DNA of 37,652 nt from a virus (IMGVR_UViG_3300009481_000002:1-37652), one strand, 5' to 3'. Shown: positions 1 through 9,791, counted from the first letter of the stretch. Made by a program: numbers and translations. Notes: generated by a model from the sequence alone, not told the origin.

Positions 1-123
1 ACACCTTTATAAACAAACGCAGGATTTTCTATAGCTAGCCCAGCCCACCTGCCAATAACTTCTTGCCACGCATTAAAGAACGGCGACATAAAACCAACCA
101 TTTCAGCAAATTCGCTGTGTTCA
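1..123. repeat. Terminal duplication copy 1. It is identical to 37530-37652 and marks a circular assembly overlap.
   Basis: Base-by-base comparison: acacctttataaacaaacgc...ttcgctgtgttca occurs at both window ends (123 nt). The repeat lies inside an open reading frame. Confidence 0.95.
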
Positions 124-3100
124 GCTAGCTCATACATAACTTCTCTAGTGTCTTTAAAAGCTGCTTTACGTGCTTCGTCTTCCATACGCACAATATCAGC
201 AGGTGTTAAATCATACGTGCCGTCAGCTTTAGCGTAAGGCGCTGCGCTATCTATTAAATGCGTCCTATACCTAGATTCAAAAAATGGTCCTCTTGAAATA
301 TCATCTGCTGCGCCTGTGCCAAGATTTTGAAATGTTTTATCAATCAAATCACGTGTCCATTTTATAAAACCTTCTTGTTTTGCTGATGGTTGACTAATAG
401 AATCTCTAGCTTTACCAAACCCTCCACGTGAAGAGTTATCTTTTACACGAATTTGAGCAATAATTTCGTTAGCTTTACTACCATCAAATCCATGTCTAGC
501 TATAAACTCTGGATCAGTTAATGTCGATTTAACATCATCCCAACTAATTTCCTCACCTGCACGCACCTTGGCACGCAAATCAGGGAAATATTCAGGAGGA
601 AGAAAATCATTAACTTCATCAATAGCGTCTTCAGCTATTTCTTTAAATATTTTTCTATCAGCGCCTTTTCCTTCATAACCTTTTATTTGATACTTACGTT
701 GCAAACGAGGCGTGTTCTCAATTAAAGTAGCAATAGCTTCAACTTTTTGCACGTGAGACAAACTGTCATTATACATAATGTTATAAAATTGTATTTCTTT
801 AGTACCTGTACGTGACATCTGCATATAAGTACGTGTCCACGCTGTTCTCATTTGAGATGCAGTAACACCTTCTTTAAGAACATCAACAATTTCCCATCCT
901 TCACCTATGTTTTCATTTATTTGACGTTTAGCAGCAGCAACAGGTCCACGCATAGATGTGTCAAGACTATTAGCGCTAGATAACTGCCTTTGAGACATGC
1001 GTTGGAACCTTAAATCAGAACCCCACGCATTACCAAAAGTTGCGTTACCAATAGTTTGTCTAGGGTAACCAGCTTTTTCCCACCACATATCAGCTTGGTC
1101 AAATAAACTAACAACCTTATCTTTATCAGCCCAAGACAAACCAAAATTATATTCATCTTCAAGCCACGCTAAATCTTTTAACAACTGATCGCCACTAGAA
1201 CTTAAACGTTCAGCAAGTTCTATAACAGTTATATCATCTGCTGCTTCTCCTATTATACGTGCAGCGTCAATTTGAAACGCATTCGCTAATTGCGCTGCTG
1301 AACTTTTAACAGCATACTTTTGTAAATTCTTAGTACGGTTTTTCCAATATCTAAAACCCCAACCAGCCCCAAGCAAAGGATTAACCATACCCCCTACAAG
1401 CGCACGTGCAGTTATGCCAAGACCTTTTCTACGTGAAGGGCTTATTTTAGTAGCTTTTTCTTTAGCTTTTAAAGCGTCTTCTATATAACGAGCAGAAGCA
1501 CTATCCATAACAGCTTCTAAATTTAAACCTCGTTCTTCAACAAATTTAACTATATCTATTAGCGTCGCATCATTAGAAACTTTTGGCACGTCTTTACTTT
1601 TTGCAAAATTTTTATTTAATTCATTTCGCAACGCAACAGAAAAACCTTCATCAGTCAAATTCAAACCACGTGCCTGCATATTTTGAACCCAACGATTAAA
1701 CCCCTTGTTAAGCGTACCTAACATAGGTAGTACTCCCATGACAGCAGCAGCACGCAACTTTTCATCAGTTAACACACGCACAGTCCAACGAGGCGTTAAC
1801 AATTTACCAGCAGTCCAAACTTCCTGTAAACCTTTAGCAGCCACAGGAACTGCTTTAGCGTATTTGCTTCGTTTAAGATTTACTAACTTTCCTTCTTTTT
1901 GCGTCCCACGTTTACCGCCACCAAAATAATCAGTTCTATTCATTGATCTATTAATTTCACGTTGCAACAAATCAAATCTAGGAATAATAGAACATTCAGC
2001 TAACTGAGCTAAACTTAAATTATACGTATACGTATGTATACCTTCATTAACAGGAACGTTAGTATACGTATGCTCCTCAGTATACGCTTTACGTTCTGTT
2101 ACAAGTTGACCATCTTCATCGTATATACGTTTGCCACGCATCCCAGTTTCATCAACAGTGTACTTAGTTTCACTCATATCAATAGGTTTAAATTCTTTAT
2201 TATCTAACCTATTAAGAAAATCTTTTTGAGCGCCATTTAATTGCTTAACAAGATAGTCTTTAGGTATATCAACTAATGCGCCTGTATCGTCATAAATTTT
2301 AATATCTTGTTTACGCATCATGCCTTCAGCCCTGTAAACCAATTTGCTCATTGTTGCTGTGTAAAATTCAACAAACGTTGAGTAATCTTCACCTTTAAAA
2401 ACATATTCATTCCATTTGCCTAAAATTTCTACAGCTTCTTTTTCAGAAAGCAATCTTTTGCCACCAATAACAAATTCTGAAGCGTCTTCAATAACACGCT
2501 CAAACATAACCGTAGATTGCCCACCTAAATCAGTAAAATGGATTAAGCCTTGAGGCACACGGCTAGTAAATATTTTTAAAGCCTTTATTCCCAAAGGCAA
2601 AAACACAGACGGATTTGAATACGCCTTATCAAAAGTAGTAACAACAGTGTCATGATTAGACGTAAATTTATTGCCAGTAGTTTCTTTTACTTTATTTAAA
2701 TGATTCCTATGAACTACACCAATCGGTTGATAAATTTTTCTATTGCCAACAGATTTAACAATATTGTCAGCCAACAAAGCATCTTCAACAATTTTATCTA
2801 CAACAATTTGAGCAGTAATTCTATCTAAATTATCCCATTCATCAACTTGCGATTTAGGAAGCGACACATCGCCGTTAGCATCTAAAGTAACTTTCTTTTG
2901 TTGCGATACTTTAATCTGATTATAAAAATCAAAATGGTATTCCCAATGAACATCATTAAAAACTTGACCTTCAATTTTTAATTCCGCTTCTAACGCATCG
3001 TTTCTAACAGATTCTTCTCGAACAAAATTTTCATCTTTAACTCGTTCAACTTTTAAATCTTCTATTTCTTGTTTTAAAGCATTTATTTCTCTGGTATTAG

Positions 3101-4835
3101 CAGCACGCCTAGTTTTAAGAATACGCCGACGAGTATCATCTACAGATTCAATACCACCTTCAAACGAATCAGAAATTCTACGTGCTTGTTGTATTTCAAC
3201 AGGCAAAACTTCTGTAGAAATTAATTCACGTTTTTCTTGTAACTTTTCAATCCTATTTCTTAACGTAGATATTTTACCGTTAGTACCGTCAATACGTTTT
3301 CTTGCCCTAGTTATATCACGATCAACGTCATCTAATAATTTAATTCTTTTACCATAATCACTATCTATTAAAACAGCGCCAGCTTGCCTAATAACTTCTG
3401 CTATTTCACCCTTAACAGTTGTATCGCCTAAATACTCACGCAAAATTCTTTGAGCAGCAAGTTTACTAGGAGCAGTAGCTAACGCTGTCTGCACACGCTC
3501 AGGTAATTTAGTATTATTTTTCCTACCAGCAGCTTGTCTCCAACGAACACCACGTTCATTAATTAATGTTTGGTCAGCGTCAGTAGAAACAATTTTACTA
3601 GACTTATACTGTGCAGAAAATTTATTATCAGGAACAGCGTCCATAACCGTATTCCACGTGTCATTAAACCATTTGCTTTCAGCCATACCTTTAGCTTGTT
3701 CAGTTGTAACAGTTTTACGCAACGCTAAATCTTGTTCAGTTAAATTATTAGGCTTATTAAACCGATCTTTGACTTTAGAAACCATCCCTTGAGGAGGCGT
3801 TAAACTATCTGGTTTTTGAATCGCTGACGTTGTTATATCTTTATCGTAAACAATTTTACGAACATTGCCAGTTCCTTCAACAACCCATATTTTATTAGGC
3901 ATAGCTTGACGAACTGGTATAAACGGAACACCATAATCATATATTCTTACAAGATCTCCAGCGTCGTTTAACTTAACTATTGCCGTTTCACCACGTGATA
4001 TGTTTTTAGTTCCTCTAATAGCTCTTTCTAAAGGATCTTTCCATTCTTTAATTAAATCTGCTGTACCTGAAATAACAGTAAATAAATCGTTTGTTTTAAT
4101 AGCGTTATAAGCTTCTTCATCAAATGGATCTATTGCATATAAACCAGTAGCTAACGCTTGACCTGCTGAACGTTCTTGAACCCATGCAACATCGTATGCT
4201 TGTTTCCATTCGTTAGCGTCAAATAAAACACTGTACGTATTGTAATCAAGCAAATTTAAAGGGTTATTTCCTGCTGCGTCTTGCACTCTATTTATCATCG
4301 TAAATGTCATTGACAATGGATTATCTACTAAATTATTAAAAGCCCAATGCAAACCTTCTACGCCTTCTTGAACAGCAGGTCTTGTAACATCACGTATTTC
4401 TTCTGGAACTAAACCAAAAGTACCGCCACCTAAACCTTTAGAGGCAAACAATCCATAGCCAGATCCCATGCCTTCATTCTCAGGGTCAAGAGGTAAACCT
4501 AAGATATCACGTGCTATGTCTTCTCTACCGTATTGAATTATTGCAGCCAACGGATCTTCCCAAAGAGCTACCCTGTCGCCATTACCAAAAATTTGTCTTC
4601 CACTATCAAATAAAAGGTTTTTACCTATTACAACAACTGTGCCTCCAGCGCCACGAAAAAGATTAGTAGTGGCTACAAAAGGTCTAAGCGTTTGAGTAAC
4701 AGCACGTTCAGGTTGAAACAATGCCCCATAAATAGGAACACTTTTTGCTGCTTCTTGTATCGGATCAGGAATAATCTTGTCAACAAGATCTTGTGCGTCG
4801 CCTGCTTTGTCTTTAAGATAATCGTACAAGCCCAC
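1..4835 (-). CDS. Giant virion-associated protein, N-terminal ~1,611 codons. It is one 2,129-aa ORF that continues at 37529 down to 35975. Function is unknown; it is a putative internal or ejection protein.
   Basis: Manual reverse-complement translation from GTG 4835-4833 (first start after in-frame TAG at 4845-4847) reaches base 1 with no stop. The frame matches the ATG at 99-101 (= 37628-37630), since 4835-101 = 3x1578. The track lists no minus ORF here because the frame never closes inside the window. A long coiled-coil-like K/E/R-rich segment is encoded around 2990-3320. Confidence 0.8.
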   Translation of the reverse strand, partial: MGLYDYLKDKAGDAQDLVDKIIPDPIQEAAKSVPIYGALFQPERAVTQTLRPFVATTNLFRGAGGTVVVIGKNLLFDSGRQIFGNGDRVALWEDPLAAIIQYGREDIARDILGLPLDPENEGMGSGYGLFASKGLGGGTFGLVPEEIRDVTRPAVQEGVEGLHWAFNNLVDNPLSMTFTMINRVQDAAGNNPLNLLDYNTYSVLFDANEWKQAYDVAWVQERSAGQALATGLYAIDPFDEEAYNAIKTNDLFTVISGTADLIKEWKDPLERAIRGTKNISRGETAIVKLNDAGDLVRIYDYGVPFIPVRQAMPNKIWVVEGTGNVRKIVYDKDITTSAIQKPDSLTPPQGMVSKVKDRFNKPNNLTEQDLALRKTVTTEQAKGMAESKWFNDTWNTVMDAVPDNKFSAQYKSSKIVSTDADQTLINERGVRWRQAAGRKNNTKLPERVQTALATAPSKLAAQRILREYLGDTTVKGEIAEVIRQAGAVLIDSDYGKRIKLLDDVDRDITRARKRIDGTNGKISTLRNRIEKLQEKRELISTEVLPVEIQQARRISDSFEGGIESVDDTRRRILKTRRAANTREINALKQEIEDLKVERVKDENFVREESVRNDALEAELKIEGQVFNDVHWEYHFDFYNQIKVSQQKKVTLDANGDVSLPKSQVDEWDNLDRITAQIVVDKIVEDALLADNIVKSVGNRKIYQPIGVVHRNHLNKVKETTGNKFTSNHDTVVTTFDKAYSNPSVFLPLGIKALKIFTSRVPQGLIHFTDLGGQSTVMFERVIEDASEFVIGGKRLLSEKEAVEILGKWNEYVFKGEDYSTFVEFYTATMSKLVYRAEGMMRKQDIKIYDDTGALVDIPKDYLVKQLNGAQKDFLNRLDNKEFKPIDMSETKYTVDETGMRGKRIYDEDGQLVTERKAYTEEHTYTNVPVNEGIHTYTYNLSLAQLAECSIIPRFDLLQREINRSMNRTDYFGGGKRGTQKEGKLVNLKRSKYAKAVPVAAKGLQEVWTAGKLLTPRWTVRVLTDEKLRAAAVMGVLPMLGTLNKGFNRWVQNMQARGLNLTDEGFSVALRNELNKNFAKSKDVPKVSNDATLIDIVKFVEERGLNLEAVMDSASARYIEDALKAKEKATKISPSRRKGLGITARALVGGMVNPLLGAGWGFRYWKNRTKNLQKYAVKSSAAQLANAFQIDAARIIGEAADDITVIELAERLSSSGDQLLKDLAWLEDEYNFGLSWADKDKVVSLFDQADMWWEKAGYPRQTIGNATFGNAWGSDLRFQRMSQRQLSSANSLDTSMRGPVAAAKRQINENIGEGWEIVDVLKEGVTASQMRTAWTRTYMQMSRTGTKEIQFYNIMYNDSLSHVQKVEAIATLIENTPRLQRKYQIKGYEGKGADRKIFKEIAEDAIDEVNDFLPPEYFPDLRAKVRAGEEISWDDVKSTLTDPEFIARHGFDGSKANEIIAQIRVKDNSSRGGFGKARDSISQPSAKQEGFIKWTRDLIDKTFQNLGTGAADDISRGPFFESRYRTHLIDSAAPYAKADGTYDLTPADIVRMEDEARKAAFKDTREVMYELAEHSEFAEMVGFMSPFFNAWQEVIGRWAGLAIENPAFVYKG

Positions 4836-4836
4836 G

Positions 4837-5205
4837 TTACGAACCTAGTTCTTCTATAGGTCCAATCGCTACACGCATCTCACGAACTATTTGCCTCAAC
4901 TCTGGTGAAGCATCTCGTTGAGAAGCCATTTTTTCTAAAACAGGCAATGAAGTCAACATTTGAAATTTACGTGTTGCCGATATTGGCCTACTCGCAGGTC
5001 TTGTCGATTGAGAAGTTAACACAGATTCGTTGCGTCGTTCTGTCGGCCTATTAAAAGGAACTTCACCAGCTTTCATAGCAACTCTAGGAGGTTCTTCCAT
5101 CCGTGGCAAAGGAACAACAGCTTGCGCTTCACGTTGCTCTTTAACTTTACCATACTGTTGGTCAGCAACAGTTTGTATTTTTTGTCCTTTACCTTTTCTA
5201 GGCAT
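4837..5205 (-). CDS. Hypothetical protein (122 aa) between portal and giant ORF
   Basis: Track ORF. Its ATG overlaps the portal stop as TAATG (5203-5207). Its own stop lies 1 nt before the giant ORF GTG. Confidence 0.6.
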   Translation of the reverse strand: MPRKGKGQKIQTVADQQYGKVKEQREAQAVVPLPRMEEPPRVAMKAGEVPFNRPTERRNESVLTSQSTRPASRPISATRKFQMLTSLPVLEKMASQRDASPELRQIVREMRVAIGPIEELGS

Positions 5206-6974
5206 TACAACGCTCCTAACAACTCACGCAAACCGCCAGCCCCACCTTGAGCAGGAGGAGGTGGACTAGCCATTGCCTCTGCTCCTGCTCCGGCTTGGGC
5301 TATACCAGCTTGTGCTTCAGGGGATGTAGGCGAAACCATTGTGGCTTGCCTTTCTTGCGCTTCACGCTGTACTTTTTCGACAGCTTCAGCAAGTTCAGCT
5401 TTATCTGATTTAACAAGATCAATAATTCGAGCAAGATCAGAAGGCGGTATCGCCCCTCCTGCTGCTTGTTGCTGCAAACTAGCAAGCAAACTTCCTTCTA
5501 ATTGTTCCGCAGTAACAGAATCAAGTTCAGCTTCAACATCCTCAACAAGAGGATCTATTTTCATAAACGATTCTTTCGACATTGTACCCATAGCCAAACG
5601 TTGACCGCCAGCGATAACAAGGTTGTTAATATCAGCGCCAGCCTGACTGTACGAAACAACGTTGTCGTCGGTTGTAAAATGTTTGTTGGGGACATAATCT
5701 ACCTTGCCTTTTACTTTATTCATAGAAACATAAAACGATTTAGATTTATTGCCAGCATACGATTTAGCCATAGCAATAGCTACTTTATTTTCTGCTTCTA
5801 AAGAACGAGCAAGTATTTTTTGAGATTCTTGCACAGCAAAATCAACAACCGCAGAAAGCACAGCGTCGCCACGGCGACCAGTACGAATATTGCTAGTAGA
5901 TTCTCCACCAAATTCGGCAGGCACACCAGCAGTTAAACGCTGCGCCCTTTCTAAACGATCAATTGCAGGGTTAGTCATAAACCCTACATTTAATTGCATA
6001 TCTTTTAAATCACCGCCACGAATAACACCAACTTCTCCAGTTAAACCATTCGCAGGGTTAACAATATTTGGTTGCTCACCAGCACGGCCAACAAGCCACG
6101 TATCAGGAAAAATACCTTTCTGGACGGCTATCACTTCCAACGCCATAAGTTTTGCCTGTTGTTGATACATCCCAAGAATGCCATCAAACTGGCCGTTAGG
6201 TTGATCTAAAGAAATACGTTCTGCCATAATGACAGGACATACGCCTGTAGGGTTATGTGTTCGTTCTAACTCAGCAACAACAGGCCCAGTATCATTATTA
6301 CGTGAATACATGCCAACGCTATTAGCTGGATGCCGGACCGCTACAAGCACATACTCTTCATGGTCCACATACTCAATAAGTTCAATTGGTTTATCATTAT
6401 CTAACGGAGCGTTAGAAACGCCAGCAAACCGCAAAGCAGCTTCAGGATAAGATTTTCTAACCCAACCATACGAACGTTCATACCCAAACACGCAATCAGA
6501 AGGAGTCATATTATCAGCGCCACGTAAATTAGACGGATACGCTGTCAACGGGTCACGAACATGCCACGTCGGACATCCTTTTTCTTGATTAAAACGTATT
6601 TGAACAATAGTGTTAGAATATCCAATTAAATGACGTGCCCTTTTAGCTAGTTGCATGTCAATTCTTGAGTTCTGCCACCAACCAAACAACGCTTTACGAC
6701 GAATCGCAGAATATTTCTGAGCTTGTTTAGATGTTTCATCTTCAGGAGGGCAAATAATATCAGGAGTAACCGACGCTATACGCATAGCAGTTTGATCTAA
6801 ACCCTGCGCCAACAAATTAGCTACAGCAGAAGATTCTGTCGTATCTATTTCAGGAAGCGGAACAATAACATCGCCATTGTAATGATCACGTATATGCCGC
6901 ATTTTTTCTTTTACACCAGCATTATTAGATGAACGGGTGTAGTACAGGTCTACAATTTCTTCTGCTGTTTTCAA
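5205..6974 (-). CDS. Putative portal protein (589 aa)
   Basis: Size and position immediately downstream of TerL. The C-terminal tail is A/G/P-rich and low in complexity. The start is TTG at 6974 with no clear SD; the alternative ATG at 6902 is possible. Confidence 0.55.
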   Translation of the reverse strand: MKTAEEIVDLYYTRSSNNAGVKEKMRHIRDHYNGDVIVPLPEIDTTESSAVANLLAQGLDQTAMRIASVTPDIICPPEDETSKQAQKYSAIRRKALFGWWQNSRIDMQLAKRARHLIGYSNTIVQIRFNQEKGCPTWHVRDPLTAYPSNLRGADNMTPSDCVFGYERSYGWVRKSYPEAALRFAGVSNAPLDNDKPIELIEYVDHEEYVLVAVRHPANSVGMYSRNNDTGPVVAELERTHNPTGVCPVIMAERISLDQPNGQFDGILGMYQQQAKLMALEVIAVQKGIFPDTWLVGRAGEQPNIVNPANGLTGEVGVIRGGDLKDMQLNVGFMTNPAIDRLERAQRLTAGVPAEFGGESTSNIRTGRRGDAVLSAVVDFAVQESQKILARSLEAENKVAIAMAKSYAGNKSKSFYVSMNKVKGKVDYVPNKHFTTDDNVVSYSQAGADINNLVIAGGQRLAMGTMSKESFMKIDPLVEDVEAELDSVTAEQLEGSLLASLQQQAAGGAIPPSDLARIIDLVKSDKAELAEAVEKVQREAQERQATMVSPTSPEAQAGIAQAGAGAEAMASPPPPAQGGAGGLRELLGAL

Positions 6975-6978
6975 TGTT

Positions 6979-8892
6979 TTAGCTTTCTGCTGTTACCCAC
7001 GTAGGTCGCCATTGTTTAAATGGCTTAGTTGCAGGTACGTATAGTTTCTCCAGATTATGTTCTACAAACCATTGTGCCATTACACAGTCATCAGTTCTAG
7101 ACCCTGTGCCTTCTGGATTCCATTTTGTTACTTCATTAACTAAACTTAACGAATTAGGTCTAGCATTAGTTCCTTGTTTCCCTGCAAGCCGAATACGACC
7201 CAAACGATACAACGGAGCCAACATTTGCACACCATACTTAGGGTCACCCTTATTACGAGAATGCGTGTAATGAGGTATAAGCTCTACACCACGCAACGCA
7301 GACCACCGCCGAAAATGATCGTACTGCAAAATAAATTTCTGAGCAGCGTTCGCTTCAACTATCCAATGCGTAATCGGATAACCTATCTCGTTACTTATCT
7401 GCCACCACTCTTCAGCTATACCAGTAAATTTTTGCGTATCATGGTTCCAATCTAAAAAAGAAGGAGCGTCCATTTTTTTTCTATGCGATTCTAACAAATA
7501 TCTATACTCAGATTCAGGACAATACGCCCAACATTGCAACGCCCAAAAATTAGACGGAGAAGGGTCAGCCGAAGCTACAACCATTACCTCACCAGCTAAA
7601 TACTTTGGCACTTCCCATAAATCACGGTCATTATCCCAACACCCAATATACTCAACTCCGTTATTGCCAGTACCGCCAGAAATCCAAAGAGGATCAACTA
7701 ACACCGATGCTGGGTCAGTGTCTTCCTGTTGATACAAAATTTCGTAACGGTCAGGCGTTTGCGCTTTAACATGTCGTATACGTCGCCAAGGCAACCGTCG
7801 AGGATACAACAAACAACCCTCAGGGTAAGCAACGTCACTAGGCTTATGTAACTGCTCGCACCTTTCATCATAATGAGCTTTAAATTTAAGATGAGTGTAT
7901 TTACGTTCGCCTTCAAGATCTACTTTACCGTCATTAACATCTTCAATTTCTACATCGTCATCGACAGGCGCAACTTTATCCAACGCATAACGGTAAATAT
8001 CGTCAGAAGCCATACGCTGCCCCTGCAAAATAAGCAACCCAGCAGGCTCCAAACGAGTTTCAGCTACCTCATCCCACCACCGATACATGTCAGCACGTGA
8101 CTCGCTATTACGCATCTTGCGAGGATCCCATACGTCATCCCAAATAATAAGATCAAAACGGCCACCAAGAAAACCAGAGTCCATACCAAACGCAGACCAC
8201 GACGGCTCCTTTTGAGACAACGGCACGTCGCCCTGCTGCACAACAGTAAACGCCTCCGCACGCCATATCTCTTTAGCGTCAGGTTTAAACTGGCCAAAAT
8301 CCTGCTGCATAGTGCATTCAGCATCAACAGCCAAACCCAATTTTAAATCGTTCAACTCAGCACGGGCAACATGCTCACGTTCAAACTCCGCCCTCAAACG
8401 CCGTGTATACCATTCAGCGAGACGTTGAGTCGAGGAACCGAGCATCCCTCTAATCGCCCTGTTACGGACTGTTGCCCATGCTGGAAGCACTTTCGCAAAA
8501 AACGTTGACTTACCACTGCCCGGCGGTGCATTGATAACACAATACTCCTCCAAAGGCGTTTCAAAAAGTTCAAATATTTTTTCAGTAGCTTCTATCTGCC
8601 AAGGCTGCAACACAATACCAAAATAACGCAAAGCAAATTTTTCAATATTGTCCCAACATTCCTGCACTTCCTCAGGTAACTCCGCATACGTAGGAATAGT
8701 CGAAACACCCACATGCTCTGTTTGTTCCTTAGCGATAACATAATTGCGTGTAGATATACGCCCAGATTCATTATCTCTAGCTGAATGGTAATTAACGCCA
8801 GCTTGTTTCGCTGCTTGATATATACTCATGCTACGACGTAGCAACAAGTACTCAGCCCATTTTTCTACTGGGGTAGCTTTACCAGAACCCAT
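6979..8892 (-). CDS. terL: Terminase large subunit with an N-terminal HTH-like extension (637 aa)
   Basis: Walker A is VINAPPGSGKST and Walker B is FDLIIWDD. The C-terminal RNase-H-like nuclease region contains VVASADPS, IVEANAAQKF and DDCVMAQW. The N-terminal ~60 aa (EKWAEYLLLRRSMSIYQAAKQAGVNYHSARDN) looks like a helix-turn-helix. Confidence 0.85.
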   Translation of the reverse strand: MGSGKATPVEKWAEYLLLRRSMSIYQAAKQAGVNYHSARDNESGRISTRNYVIAKEQTEHVGVSTIPTYAELPEEVQECWDNIEKFALRYFGIVLQPWQIEATEKIFELFETPLEEYCVINAPPGSGKSTFFAKVLPAWATVRNRAIRGMLGSSTQRLAEWYTRRLRAEFEREHVARAELNDLKLGLAVDAECTMQQDFGQFKPDAKEIWRAEAFTVVQQGDVPLSQKEPSWSAFGMDSGFLGGRFDLIIWDDVWDPRKMRNSESRADMYRWWDEVAETRLEPAGLLILQGQRMASDDIYRYALDKVAPVDDDVEIEDVNDGKVDLEGERKYTHLKFKAHYDERCEQLHKPSDVAYPEGCLLYPRRLPWRRIRHVKAQTPDRYEILYQQEDTDPASVLVDPLWISGGTGNNGVEYIGCWDNDRDLWEVPKYLAGEVMVVASADPSPSNFWALQCWAYCPESEYRYLLESHRKKMDAPSFLDWNHDTQKFTGIAEEWWQISNEIGYPITHWIVEANAAQKFILQYDHFRRWSALRGVELIPHYTHSRNKGDPKYGVQMLAPLYRLGRIRLAGKQGTNARPNSLSLVNEVTKWNPEGTGSRTDDCVMAQWFVEHNLEKLYVPATKPFKQWRPTWVTAES

Positions 8893-9159
8893 CTACCATT
8901 TAACTTTATTAGCCCAATACGCAGCAGACATCTTACCTTTTTTAATGTTCTTCGCATGACGGGCTTTAAACGACCTAGACCTAGCAGTATTACCCTTATC
9001 ACCAGTTTTACCCTGCTGCCCAAATCGAATAGTTTTAATTTGATTACCTTCTTTAGCCACAACAACATGCGACTTTGTTTTATGCTTAGGAGTACGCTTT
9101 GGCTTATTATATCCAGATACGCCAGCTCTAGCTAAACGAGGATCTTTCTTAGAAGGCAT
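8893..9159 (-). CDS. Ultrabasic small protein (88 aa)
   Basis: Track ORF. Hand count gives 25 K/R against 3 D/E. The stop TAG abuts the terL ATG, and the ATG overlaps the upstream stop as TAATG. Confidence 0.7.
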   Translation of the reverse strand: MPSKKDPRLARAGVSGYNKPKRTPKHKTKSHVVVAKEGNQIKTIRFGQQGKTGDKGNTARSRSFKARHAKNIKKGKMSAAYWANKVKW

Positions 9160-9227
9160 TACTTCTTACGCTTCTTCGGCTTACGTTTCTTCTTAGCCTT
9201 CATAGGCTTACCATAACCATACGCCAT
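9159..9227 (-). CDS. Ultrabasic mini-ORF (22 aa, MAYGYGKPMKAKKKRKPKKRKK)
   Basis: Found by hand, below the track size cut-off. The ATG at 9227-9225 overlaps the upstream TAA, and its own TAA overlaps the downstream ATG (TAATG at both ends). 12 of 22 residues are K/R. Confidence 0.4.
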   Translation of the reverse strand: MAYGYGKPMKAKKKRKPKKRKK

Positions 9228-9418
9228 TAAAACCGTCCCCGTGCTTTCTTCATACGGCGATGGTTAGCTCTTCGCCTAGCACGACCATAACTAGCTTCTT
9301 GCGCTTTAATAGTATTACGGTACGCAGCGTCAACCGACCCAGCGCCTAAAGTAACTTTACGCTTTTTCTTATTTATATTTCTTTTAATTTTATTTATACC
9401 AATTTCATTTATACCCAT
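9227..9418 (-). CDS. Ultrabasic small protein (63 aa from ATG 9418; the track gives a TTG start at 9436)
   Basis: Track ORF. ATG 9418 is preceded by GAGGG. Hand count gives 20 K/R against 3 D/E. Confidence 0.55.
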   Translation of the reverse strand: MGINEIGINKIKRNINKKKRKVTLGAGSVDAAYRNTIKAQEASYGRARRRANHRRMKKARGRF

Positions 9419-9426
9419 AACGCCCT

Positions 9427-9525
9427 CTACTGACAACTCTCACAATACTCAGGATTCTCTAACCCACACTCTAGCACCTCATCGTCCTCCACGTCCCACA
9501 CCTCATCAAAATCTTCAAAAAACAC
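9427..9525 (-). CDS. Acidic mini-ORF (32 aa, M-FFEDFDEVWDVEDDEVLECGLENPEYCESCQ), first ORF of the leftward arm
   Basis: Found by hand. A GTG start at 9525 lies 5 nt after AAGGAG. 13 of 32 residues are D/E, there is no K/R, and it carries a C-x7-C-x2-C pattern. Confidence 0.35.
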   Translation of the reverse strand: MFFEDFDEVWDVEDDEVLECGLENPEYCESCQ

Positions 9526-9683
9526 AAAAACTCCTTGTCATACTGTTGCAAAAAAGAAACAACCGAGATACCCTACAACATAACTTAATCCCAAACGGGT
9601 ACTGTGGACCCTTGACCCACCACAGCAACGCTTGTAAGAAGCGCCCGACTAACCCTCGGTGCGTCACCCGTCAGAAGGGTAAC

Positions 9684-9725
9684 CGCCCCCTATGACAACG
9701 CAACAGGAATGAGCGCATAGGGGCG
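9684..9725. promoter_or_regulatory. Strong hairpin in the GC-rich part of the control region
   Basis: CCCCTATG (9687-9694) pairs with CATAGGGG (9716-9723). Outer CG/CG pairs lie across a 1-nt bulge. The loop is 21 nt. Confidence 0.4.
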
Positions 9726-9770
9726 TAGCGCACAGGACAAAGCGACTACAAGGCCAAAGCAGCCCTAATG

Positions 9771-9787
9771 CTTGGGAGGTTCCCAAG
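9771..9787. promoter_or_regulatory. Perfect 7-bp stem with a 3-nt loop, immediately before the C/A tract
   Basis: The sequence is CTTGGGA-GGT-TCCCAAG. Confidence 0.4.
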
Positions 9788-9791
9788 GGAT

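Noticed and set aside
1705-1929. A 74-aa plus-strand ORF is the only track ORF in this region.
   Set aside because: It is antisense to the giant ORF, starts at TTG without an SD, and has low-complexity content. It is a shadow ORF.
1-4836. The ORF track shows almost nothing across 4.8 kb, which could suggest stop-codon reassignment or non-coding DNA.
   Set aside because: Hand translation of the minus strand gives one uninterrupted standard-code frame from 4835 to base 1. The track omits it only because the frame has no stop inside the window; it continues at 37529. No recoding is needed.
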